A DNA stretch of 64,000 nucleotides from Octopus vulgaris (taxonomy: Eukaryota). The translations under genes were made by a program, and so were the position numbers. Positions 1-10,474 of the stretch are shown here, in pieces; the first letter of the stretch is position 1, and each line of letters starts with the position of its first letter. Below the pieces are notes generated by a model, which was not told the origin of the DNA, ran no database searches, and saw only the letters and a list, made by a program, of their open reading frames with translations. The stretch is taken from contig OX597820.1 of assembly GCA_951406725.2 (NCBI GenBank), positions 102,734,001-102,798,000 on the forward strand, given 5' to 3'.

Positions 1-1689
1 TGCCAAAATATTATATAAATCTTACAAATCGATTAAAATTTAGTGCCAGTAATAAACTAGTGTTAATCTTGGCCAAAATTGTACAAGAATTATGATACTT
101 TTATCAAATGATTTCACGTATTGAGATTGTTCCTTTTCCAAAACCCATGAACAGTTGACGAATATTTAGAACAAAAACAAATCGATGTTAAGAATTTTAT
201 TTACCCACAATTATTCAAGAAGAAAAAATTAGAAAACACATTAGATTACGATACGTAGTTCTTCAAAAGTGATTAGCGACAAGCGTTATAGAGTATCCAT
301 CAGTATTTTAGAGATTGTACATACAGTAAAGTGTATAAAATAAGGACGTCAGGAAATTTGCCGCATACTTCTTAAGTTTTGTAAATGCACCTAAAATAAA
401 AACTTTGCCTGTTTCAGATAAAGCAAAAGTTACAAAATGTTCATCTGCCCTAATTTCTCACAGCGTATTAGGCTTAAATTTTCCAGCTAAAAATACGATA
501 AAACATTCATAAAACTCTCTCAGTAGCTTCTTAATTACATATCGTTTATTGTATTTCATAGCATTCGTTATTTCTTGGTAGCAAAACTTTATTATGTCTG
601 TCAATAATACTTACTGCCTATAATATATATTACGAACAGCCTCTGCTAATCAGTATTAGGACATGTAAGTAGAATGGTGGATAAGGCGGGGAAGAGAAAA
701 ATCCAATTATATGGACATATTGTTTGACTATATTTCTTTCTTTCAAACTGCCAAAGAAACACATATATTCTTTTCACATGTATCACTAACATTGCTTAAT
801 TTCGTTACTACAAGGATAGAATTCACTTTCTTTTGTACAAAAGTTGATATATTATCAGGAAATGACAAGTATTTATGAATAAACGCATGTAAATAAACGT
901 GGAGTTATATAAGCATATACACTGTATGTATATATGTATATATAGATATGTGTGTGCAGGTATAAAGATATATGTATTTATGTATATATATGTGTGTGTG
1001 TGTGTGTACGTATATATACATGTGTGTGATAAGGATATGTCTGTTTACTTCATTTTGTGAGTTTATCTCACCATGGAAAGGTGTTTTTGCTTGTTCCCCG
1101 CTTCGCGTCAGTTCATGAGGCTAGTGCTCTCTATGGCTATTTTGAGTCGTTTTGACTCTTATTTCTAGCAATTGCCGAATCTAATTTGCATCCTTGTTTA
1201 TTAACTTGCGTTTAGGTTTTAATTACTAAAGTGCCACCTATATTATATATGTAGTATATATCTAATATATTAATACATTATATCTTATTGTATGTATAGT
1301 TACTACCCCAAACACACAACACCTACGCATACACACACACTGCAAACAAAACACACACACTATATATATATATACACATACACACATATTTCAAACTACC
1401 AGTACCTTCTACTGACCATTCTCCTTCGCACATGTGTAGGTAGACACACAACAAGATCCACTACTACCAAAATTACTATAAATTCCTGCTATGACCTTAA
1501 ATGATACTAAGCCCAACCACACACATAGATAAACAACCACAAACCACCCGCGACACACACAGACACACAGACACACGTGCTATCATTACACACACACATA
1601 CCCACACACATATACACACATATCTCCTCTTGCACTCTCCTGTCTTTGAAAGAACTTTTTCTTCACCCATTCCCTTCCCGCCATTTCAA

Positions 1690-1880
1690 TATGCGACCGC
1701 GTGTGTATCGTTGACGATTTTCTGTCTCCGTCTTCCATTTCTTGGACGTTTCCTTTTGCTATGTTTCTGACGAAGAGCCCCGCTCGAAACGTTAAATCCT
1801 CGAGAATCCAATAGCACTATACTTGTTCCACGTACTCGCAATATTGTGTGTGTTTTCACTTTGTTCATGTTTGGATTATA
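1690..1880 (+). mobile_element. Penelope-like pLTR fragment carrying a hammerhead motif (family H1)
   Basis: Similar to the reverse complement of 59270-59435 (cgtcttcc..cttggac..tttcctttt..tgtttCTGANGA.gagc...gctcGAAACGT) and bounded by microsatellite. The pLTR assignment is inferred from the hammerhead motif. Confidence 0.6.
1763..1797 (+). ncRNA. Minimal type I hammerhead ribozyme motif
   Basis: GTTT-CTGACGA-A-GAGC-CCC-GCTC-GAAAC-GTT-AAAT. Intact CUGANGA and GAAA core, 4-bp stem II, palindromic loopless stem III (AACGTT), stem I GTTT/AAAT. Confidence 0.65.
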
Positions 1881-1926
1881 TACATACATACATACATACA
1901 TACACACACACATGCACACACACATA

Positions 1927-1994
<68 letters not shown>

Positions 1995-4900
1995 TACACA
2001 TATGAATATATATGCATGTATATGTATGCAGATATATGTGTGCACGTGTATGTATACATGTGTGCGTGTGCATATGTATGTATGCTTTTATATATATAAG
2101 TATACTTATACCTGTATATATATTTATTAACACTGTCATCCTCATATTCATCATGTAATGTCACTTGGATATGGAAACTTGGTAGAGTTCATCCTTCTTC
2201 AAACACCCCCTTACTGACCTTGGTAATTAGGGGGTGGCATGTCAGGCGTTAAGTATAATGCTTCTATCCAGATCATCCTATAGGCCACAATGTAGAAATT
2301 TAATATGGGGTAAAAGGTGAGTCGTATGATCCAATAACTCTGCGTCAAAATAACCGATGCAGTACTTGAACAAAAAGTCATCGAAGAGAAGTTCCGTACA
2401 ACCCTAGTTTGTAGTTTCTCTAAAAGCAAGTCAAATTTTGCGGGTAAATACTTTATTTAGCCTCTGTTCAAGAACGCTATGTGCCAGATTGTGTTTGATA
2501 CTGTAGTGATATTTAAAGAAGACTGGATTATACAATGTTTCCCTCTTACTTGTCGTATTCTCAGTTCATTTATGGCGTTCCATCGGTTTGGACAGACATC
2601 ATGTATCATGCTTTTAATGAAGGAGAAAATGTGTTAAGTACAAGATTTGGAGTATAATTATATTTATTCCATTACTACCTTGTATAGCAACATGCGGTTT
2701 AACAACTGTCAGGTTACAAGTACTAATATACGATGAAAATACTCGCAAATTTTGTCCAAGATGACGCTGATAGCTACTATTACATTAGTTAACATAGGAA
2801 AAATGATTTTACGCAAATATATGAAAAGCAGTTGCAGAATAAATGCAGCTATTCGCAAATGTAAAAAATCACATGCATAGCAATGACAAAGGTAAACAAC
2901 AGTCGCATTACCTCTAGTCACCTATTTACAAACATGAAGTTTAACAACAATCTGATCCTGCCCGCTGATACCATGTCTATGAAAGAAGAAATATTTTCTA
3001 CGTTATTTCGGACCCAAATTCAAACTGCCAATTAAAAAAATATTTTTGTATCTATAGATTATGGCTTAAACATATTTGAATATAGTGTATATACATGGGC
3101 ACCTGGAATGTGATCTGACACTAAAAATTTAAGCTTAAATTTGATACCGCTATCTTAGGCTATGTGTGAACTAATGTATGAAGTCAAGAAAGTTTCGAAA
3201 TTTGCAGTTTGTAATTGTGTAAAACACCATCGCTAAAAAATTTATTGATTCGTTTTTAGTACTAGAAAATCTGGTCTCCTTTCGCTTCTGAAACAGTTAA
3301 TGAATAAAAAAAAAGCAGAATACAGAACCTATCAAAGTTAGCATAGGAGCAAGTGACTCGGCAAAAGCGAGTGACATATTGAGTTTATTGTAAACCGCAT
3401 TTCGAGAAATTTCTTTTTATATCAGGTCATATGTACAGCAATGATGGCGCTGTATTTAACAAAAATTCATTAAAAAAGATGGTTTTCGAAAACTCGTAGA
3501 CAAACTTTTTGAAGTATTTGGATTTACAATAAAAATTAATGTCCACTAATATGCAATTAATTTACTAATGTCACACTCAACTTAAATAATTTCATATGTT
3601 GCTCTTATAAAAATCTAAGAGAAAAATCACAATTCATACTTAAATGGTCTGGCTACCAAATAGTATCATTACTGATTCAAACATTATATATAACGTACGT
3701 CGAATTGCATTTAATTGTGCGTAGAAAACCATCTATGTCACCATATAGTAATTTATTTACATACACTTGGAATAAATTGTGAATATATCTTGATAGTCAA
3801 TCTGGAAATACAGTATTTAAACCTCAATAAATGTTCGTGTCGTGTTTAATTATGATATTCATGGGTACGAAGATAATTGTCAGAAAAGAAAGGTGTATAT
3901 AGTTATATAGACCATTTTATTGCATACCTATTTCATTATTTGTGAAAACTGTTTTAACGGGAATAGTGTCTTTAAACATTTTCTCTGAGTATACGTATGT
4001 TTAGATATAATATATACACATATGTTTGTACTACTCTGTAGAAATGTATTTTTGATTTTTGTTGCATAACTATTAATCATTTACGAATCTATTTTGATGC
4101 AAAAGCTGTTATGAAATATTTTATTGAATTCTAAGTATATGTAATTCATCAGTTACATTATAGTTAGATATGTACATTAGTAGTCGTGCAGAAATGGCTA
4201 TGTAAGTATACCTATATAACGTTTTAATCATTCGTGAATATATTTTGCTAAATAGATATTTTGAAATTTTTTATGTTTTGATAAAAAAGCTATTTTGTAA
4301 TATTTTATTTTATGTCTTTCTGAATATATGAAGTATATGGTTGTTTCCTTATAAAATATGCAGCTACATTCGTAATTATATGTTGCCAACATAAACATGT
4401 ATGTGTTACGACTGCGTATCCATTAGATATTCAGAAATCTATTTTGACACAAATTCTCACTTGAAATATGTTATATCATTTAATTTTACGTATATACGTA
4501 TATTTAGAATTTACATAGATTCATGTGTATGTTCAGACAAAAACGTGTAAAATACATCTGTCGTATTTTTCTCTATATATGCTCTATATGTTCCTGTATA
4601 TATATGTACAAATGTTTTTATGTATGTATTGATACATATATATATATATATATATATATGAATAGTTGCATGTAGATGCTTACATACATACATACATACA
4701 CACATATACGTATCCACGCATCTGTGATAGTATATGTGTGTGACTGTGTGTCAGTGTAAAATCTAATACGGGTGGGTCGTCAGGAAGTGGTAAGAAGTCG
4801 TACTAAAAGATAAGTGAATGAATGATGAAGAAAAGAAATAATAATGGCGTATGAGTTTACGTGAATATATCCTTATACATATAAATATATTCTGTACATG

Positions 4901-5033
4901 TGCGTGTACATGTACATCTATATGTATATATTTACGTATGTACATATACACAAAGGGCAAAATAGAGGGAGGAAGAGAGAGAGAGAAATGTGCTGAGACA
5001 GACAGACGGACAGAGACAAATAGACAGACAGAC

Positions 5034-5144
<111 letters not shown>

Positions 5145-5872
5145 AGGCGCAGGAGTGGCCCTGAGGTAAGTAGCTTGCTAACACACATGCGCAGTTAGTC
5201 AGTTGCTTCCTGTTCAGCCAGAGTGGACGCGAGTCAACCAGCTCCGTCCAATTAAAGAAAAAAGACCAAAAACGGAAAGTTGTCGAGGTAAGTGATTTTG
5301 TTTATTGTGAGTTGGGCATAATTTATTGCGTGCCAATTATTACTTCAGTAAGTTGTGTCCAACTCTGAGACAATTTCGCCTGCTCTCGGCGGCTGCCATT
5401 TTTGTGTTCATTGAAAAAAAAAAGAAAATACAGTGGAGGGGCGTATCCTCGGAATTCAATACAGTTACTGTTAAAATTACGTTTGGCGGTAGCCAGTGCT
5501 GTGTTTGGGTTTGTTGAATTTATTCCCTTGTCAGATTACTTCGCAAGAAAATTATAAAAATAAGCCACTATTGGATTACCTTTCGGACCCATTTTTGTGG
5601 AGGTTGTGTTGCTGTTGCGGCGTTCCAGGTTCAACCCATGCCGGGAGTCCCGCAAGGCCAGAATATTTTTGCTGTGTTATTTTCTGTTTATTAACTTTCT
5701 TTTGAACTTCATTTTGTTTTTTTTCTTTATTGCGACTTTCCGTTGATTTCTTCCCTTCTGTTGTGCTTTCTCCTTTTTGTTTTTTTCAAAAATCTATCAA
5801 ATTTTATTTGGACTTTTGAACTTTTTTCTTCTTGCTTTTTGAGTTTAATTTGAATATATTTAAAAAAAAAAC

Positions 5873-7102
5873 ATGGCAATGAAAAATAACAAAATTTTAG
5901 AATGGGAAATCATACCACCTAAAAAGTGGTTAAAAGACCGTGAAGATAGGACGGTGGTGTTGAGAACCTACTCCAAGGCACTCGACACCATCGCCCTATT
6001 CGAAAAGACGGCAATTGAAAAGTTGGAAGAGTATTTGCCAACAATTAAATTCATTTCTAGGGGTGTCAAATATGCAACGGTGTGGTTGCTATTTGACACC
6101 CCTGAAGAGGCTTGCAAATTTGCTAGCAAACCCCTGGAGGGTAAGGAAATCTTATTCCTGCCCACGTACAAAAAAAGAAATTGATGAAAGCTTGGATTTG
6201 CGGACTGCCACCCGACATAGAACCCGAGTGGATAGAGGAGACTATCCGCCGGGGTCTGGGTGGCAGCGAAACTAAGCTCCTTAATGTAAAAGTTCTTCCT
6301 GCGGCTGCTTGGGTTGGGTCAAAAGCAATTTTGACCCTGTGGACCCAATCAGCCAATCTGGTTCTTCTAGATTTTTTGAAAATGGCCGGGTGCAGGTACC
6401 CGGTGATGCTTGAGGGTCGCCCCCCTATGTGTCATCGGTGCTTGGAGCCCGGCCACATAAAGAAGAACTGTCCCCGGGAACAAAATAGGATCCCGGAACA
6501 GTTAAGTAAAACCCCTCTAGAAGAGGGAATGATAACGACCGAGAAAGCAGAGGACTCCTCAAACAGAGGCCGAAAGAGGAAGGTGAGCAACAATGGGTGC
6601 TCACCAAAGGATAATAGGGATGAGGAGAGGAAGCGAATCTTCCAGCCACGGAGGAGACGCACCCTCCCTCAGTTGAAAAGGGGAAAAAAAAGAAAAAGAG
6701 GAAGAAAAAAGGGTCATTGCCGGCTGTCAGTGACATAGCACCGGAATGTCCCGGAACTACGTCGGTTGGGGTTGTGCTACCACAAGAGAAGGAATACCGT
6801 TGGCGGGAACTGTGCCGCCAACGAAAGAACTATTGGTCCTCTTCTATAGAGGAGGTGAAATTGAAAAGGTGATGGAAGAGCACCAAAAGGGAGAACTTTT
6901 AGCCTTCACACAGGACCCCGAATGGCCTCCGCAGGTAGCTGTGGAGGCCGTGGCGTTCGACGTGACGCTTGGGCTAAAGGAGCTCAATGAAGATTATAAC
7001 TTGGTCCCGGGCGACGCAAACTCGGAACTTGATTACGTTCTGAGGGAGGCGTGGTTGATGGTGGAGGGCGCGGGCACAAGCTATTTCGAGGACGATATGT
7101 AG
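5873..7102 (+). CDS. LINE ORF1/gag-like nucleic-acid-binding protein (RRM-like N-terminus, CCHC zinc knuckle), broken by two frameshifts at A-runs
   Basis: ORFs 5873-6184, 6181-6738 and 6746-7102 abut, with frame changes near A-homopolymers (~6170-6177, ~6684-6691). CHRCLEPGHIKKNC fits CX2CX4HX4C. The paralogue at 24555-24755 reads through the first break. Confidence 0.7.
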
Positions 7103-7123
7103 TTATTGAACTGTTATTATTAG

Positions 7124-7243
7124 TAATGGACTGCTAAGTCCAAAAATTGAAAAATTGTAAGAGGTTTAATACCTCGTTTTGTAATAATGGACTGCTAATT
7201 CCAAAAATTGAAAAATTGTAAGAGGTTTAATACCTCGTTTTGT
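7124..7243 (+). repeat. 61-bp-period tandem duplication in the 3' UTR of the ORF1-only element
   Basis: 7124-7182 matches 7185-7243 with one mismatch; each unit has a GAGGT-ttaat-ACCTC hairpin. Confidence 0.9.
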
Positions 7244-8194
7244 GTTTATCTTTAAAAAGAACAATGTTTTAGAGAAGCGAAAGTCGGCGGGCGCTTTTTG
7301 TCTTCTCCCATCCTTATCATCTTTCTTTCATTATCATTCACTTCATTAATGTCCTCGTCCAGCCCGCAAAGCTAACTTAATCTGTGTACTGCCTTTGTGG
7401 CAAATGTTTTGAAATAAAGTAGCTTGCTAACCAACCACATGGTTCCAGGTTCAGTCCCACTGCGTGGCAACTTGGGCAGGTGTCTTCTGCTATAGCCCCG
7501 GGCCGACCAATGCCTTGTGAGGGGATTTGGTAGACAGAAACTGAAAGAAGCCTGTCGTATATATGTATATATATGTATATGTATGTGTTCGTGTGTCTGA
7601 GTTTGTATCCCTAGCATTGCTTGACAACCGATGCTGGCGTGTTTACGTCCCCGTCACTTAGCGGTTCGGCAAAAGAGACCGATAGAATAAGTACTGGGCT
7701 TACAAAGAATAAGTCCCGGGGTCGATTTGCTCGACTAAAGGCGGTGCTCCAGCATGGCCGCAGTCAAATGACTGAAATATGTAAAAAGAGTAAAAAGAGT
7801 AAAAAGAGAGATAGATATAAATCGCGCGAATAAGATAAAAAAGCAAACGGTGCAAACAATCAAATAAAGCAAGACGTAATACGAGTGACTAAAATGATCA
7901 TTTAGGCATTATTAGAGATTACAGCGTGTTGGCAATATTGATAGGAAAAAGGCATATGATCAACAAAAGCAATAAAAATAAATCTAAAGGAAGGAATATT
8001 ATTATATATATTTTTTCTCTTTAATCAGTAAGTGATATTTTCCATTTGTTTTCATCTAAGAAATCAAAGGAAATGACTACTATTCCCTTCAAACTTTGCT
8101 CTTATCACCTGCACATCAATGTCTTGAAATTAACCCATTTTGTATAATATTTCGGACAGATTCAGCACTGAGTTACTGAAGCAGAAATAAAGCC

Positions 8195-8322
8195 AGTGCT
8201 TATTCTGTTGGTCTCTTTTGCCGAACCGCTAAAGTTACTGGGACATAAACATACTAATACCGGTTCTCAAGCGGTATTGGGAGGGGGGAAAACACAAACA
8301 CAAAGACACAAAGCATACACAT

Positions 8323-8345
<23 letters not shown>
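8195..8345 (-). mobile_element. SINE family A fragment
   Basis: cttattctgttggtctcttttgccgaaccgctaa matches the reverse complement of the family A body. Confidence 0.75.
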
Positions 8346-8357
<12 letters not shown>

Positions 8358-8416
8358 AATACCACTCACAAGGCTACGTCTGCACCTATACACACACATG
8401 TACGTATGTATGTATG

Positions 8417-8451
<35 letters not shown>

Positions 8452-8453
<2 letters not shown>

Positions 8454-9076
8454 CAATAATAAATCACTGGGCGAGATATAAACAGTAACTGCTCTATAAC
8501 ATAAGAAGGATCAGCCATCTAAATGTGGCTAGGGTCAGGGCGGGGTGGTGGGGGTGTTACTGATGCATTTAGCCCCAGGCGAACATCGACGTCACCAGAA
8601 GAGCTGACACCATCTCGGTGTCCTTGCCAGCCAGCAAAGGGAGATCAGCCTCCCCGAAGATACGGATACTACACACGGACCGGTTTCGAGGTTATTGCCT
8701 CTTGTCAACGTATGGTAAGCACCGCTCTTCGTTGAGGGACTTCCTCTGCAGGCTGGATATATATAGATTTTCACAGTAACCACAGTCACTGGCGTAGAAA
8801 ATCTGTTCGAAAACAATAATAAATCTCTGGGCGAGATATAAACAGTAACTGCTCTATAACATAAGAGGGATCAGCCATCTGAATGTGGCTAGGGTCAGGG
8901 CGGGGTGGTGGGGGTGTTACTGATGCATTTAGCCCCAGGCGAACATCGACGTCACCAGAAGAGCTGACACCATCTCGGTGTCCTTGCCAGCCAGATGTTC
9001 GCCTGGGGCTAAATGCATCAGTAACACCCCACCACCCCGCCCTGACCCTAGCCACATTCAGATGGCTGATCCCTCT

Positions 9077-9081
<5 letters not shown>
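8452..9081 (-). mobile_element. Penelope-like pLTR or retrozyme-like repeat: 360-bp unit, partial second unit and inverted arm
   Basis: 8452-8634 matches 8812-8994 (3 mismatches, period 360). 8859-8947 is the reverse complement of 8994-9081. Hammerhead on the minus strand, adjacent to a GIY-YIG remnant on the same strand. Confidence 0.8.
8672..8714 (-). ncRNA. Minimal type I hammerhead ribozyme with U3-A8 covariant core
   Basis: Minus strand CATACG-TTGACAA-GAGG-CAATAA-CCTC-GAAACCGGTC-CGTGTG: 6-bp stem I, 4-bp stem II, palindromic stem III (ACCGGT), GUC cleavage triplet. Confidence 0.8.
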
Positions 9082-9155
<74 letters not shown>

Positions 9156-9224
9156 TCGCTGTTTAATACAATGTAGAAGTGAGGGTGGATGAGTGTTTGG
9201 GGGAGACAACAGAGGGGTGAGGTT

Positions 9225-10050
9225 GTAATTATTTGTAGTTTGAGAATAGATTTAGTGCCCGATATTTGCAGGTGAATATTATGCCGATACGTTCATTGAG
9301 ACTGTCCATTGATTGCAAAATACCCATGACCTCGGCTATACATAGATCACACTTATAATATATCCGCTGTAAGGTTTGGCGTGGGTGATTATGGACCGTT
9401 TAATAGTGTAAGGGTTTGAATCAAGCGTCAGTTTACCGTTAAGTTGAGATAACGATGTACTGTTAGATTTTGTTGGGGATTTGAAGCTAGAATAGTGATT
9501 GTTCACTCTAGCTTTGAAGGTGGTGCTACGTGAGCCGATGTAAATGTAGTTACAGTTGTTAGTTAGTTGGTACTGCGCACATATAAACTATATTTTTAGT
9601 GAGACAGCGATTATCTAGAGGACTGGAGGTTGGGCGTCTGCAGCTGCATAGGTTTGTAGGGTGTGTTCCGGATGAGCCTAAGAGGGAATTGTTATTTAGT
9701 GAGGAATCGGTGTTCGGTTCGTTATTATAGTTAGTGCTAAGGCTATCATTTGATAAGGAGTTGACGATGGTGTTGTTGTGTTGTGTGCTATGATAACTAC
9801 TGTGTCCAGTGTTTTCCTCTGGGATGTTCTTTATTAAGACAGGAGGTATATTTGGGCGTTATGGTACAGTTAAGGGTCGGGTGTTAACAATGGCACTATA
9901 GTTGTAGTTATAAGGGTCAGTTTTGTTAAGGGGTCCGTTTGTGCATTGAATTTACATGTATGGAGTTGGGGTTTATGTTGAATTAATTTACTAGGGTGGG
10001 GGTAGGACGTTGTTGGATTTCGGAATTTCTTGTTAAGATTTATGTTTGTG
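9225..10050 (-). pseudogene. Penelope-like element C-terminal remnant (GIY-YIG endonuclease)
   Basis: Minus-strand frames give CSCRR..PLDNRCLTKNIVY, YIYIGSRSTTFKARVNNHYSSF and CDLCIAE...LNER...CKY, typical PLE GIY-YIG motifs with frameshifts. The upstream boundary is uncertain. Confidence 0.8.
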
Positions 10051-10385
10051 TGTGTGTGTGTAGATATAGTAATGTAGATATATAGGATTTGAATCTAAAG
10101 AAATACATTTCAGTCGTAGTTTTACCCGGGGAAGTATCTCCATATAGTAAAGATATTGCTAAATACGCGACATTATTTGTTATCCATTACCCTGTGGTTT
10201 GACTCTACAGATCTCCCCATATTAGAAAGTAATTGTGTAACCTAGTGATAGATCATTCGAGAACTACCTGTAGCGATCCACTTCCTAGAAATAGCAGCCA
10301 ATATATGTTAGTAACAGAAATAGCTGTTCTCTCTCTGTCTCTCTCTGTCTCTCTCTCTCTGTCTCTCTCTCTCTGTCTCTCTCTC

Positions 10386-10474
<89 letters not shown>

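Larger units (their letters stand above)
5183..7416 (+). mobile_element. Non-autonomous ORF1-only non-LTR retroelement (HAL1/Tx1-like)
   Basis: Perfect 15-bp TSD AAGTAGCTTGCTAAC (5168-5182, 7417-7431). Inr-like TCAGTT near the 5' end, a gag/ORF1-like coding region, and a 3' hairpin (TGCC-tttgt-GGCA) plus AATAAA at the end. No RT or endonuclease. Confidence 0.75.
5146..7808 (+). mobile_element. tRNA-derived SINE (family A), split into 5146-5182 and 7417-7808 by a 2.2-kb insertion
   Basis: The head ggcgcaggagtggc..ggtaagtagcttgctaac resumes at 7417 with ccaaccacatggttccaggttcagtccc (B-box-like). The joined sequence is colinear with the intact copy at 42973-43402 and ends in a (gtaaaaaga)n tail. 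Confidence 0.9.

Noticed and set aside
5285-5845. Possible intron in the 5' UTR (AG|GTAAGT donor, long pyrimidine tract)
   Set aside because: There is no convincing acceptor or transcript evidence, and a retroposed copy would normally have lost a sense intron.
5146-7470. Intron-containing tRNA gene
   Set aside because: The tRNA-like part is a SINE head continuing into the SINE body, and the interruption has a TSD, so it is an insertion.
8918-8956. Plus-strand CTGATGC...gcc-cca-ggc-GAAC as a second hammerhead
   Set aside because: It has GAAC rather than GAAA, extra unpaired bases before stem II, and no contiguous stem I.
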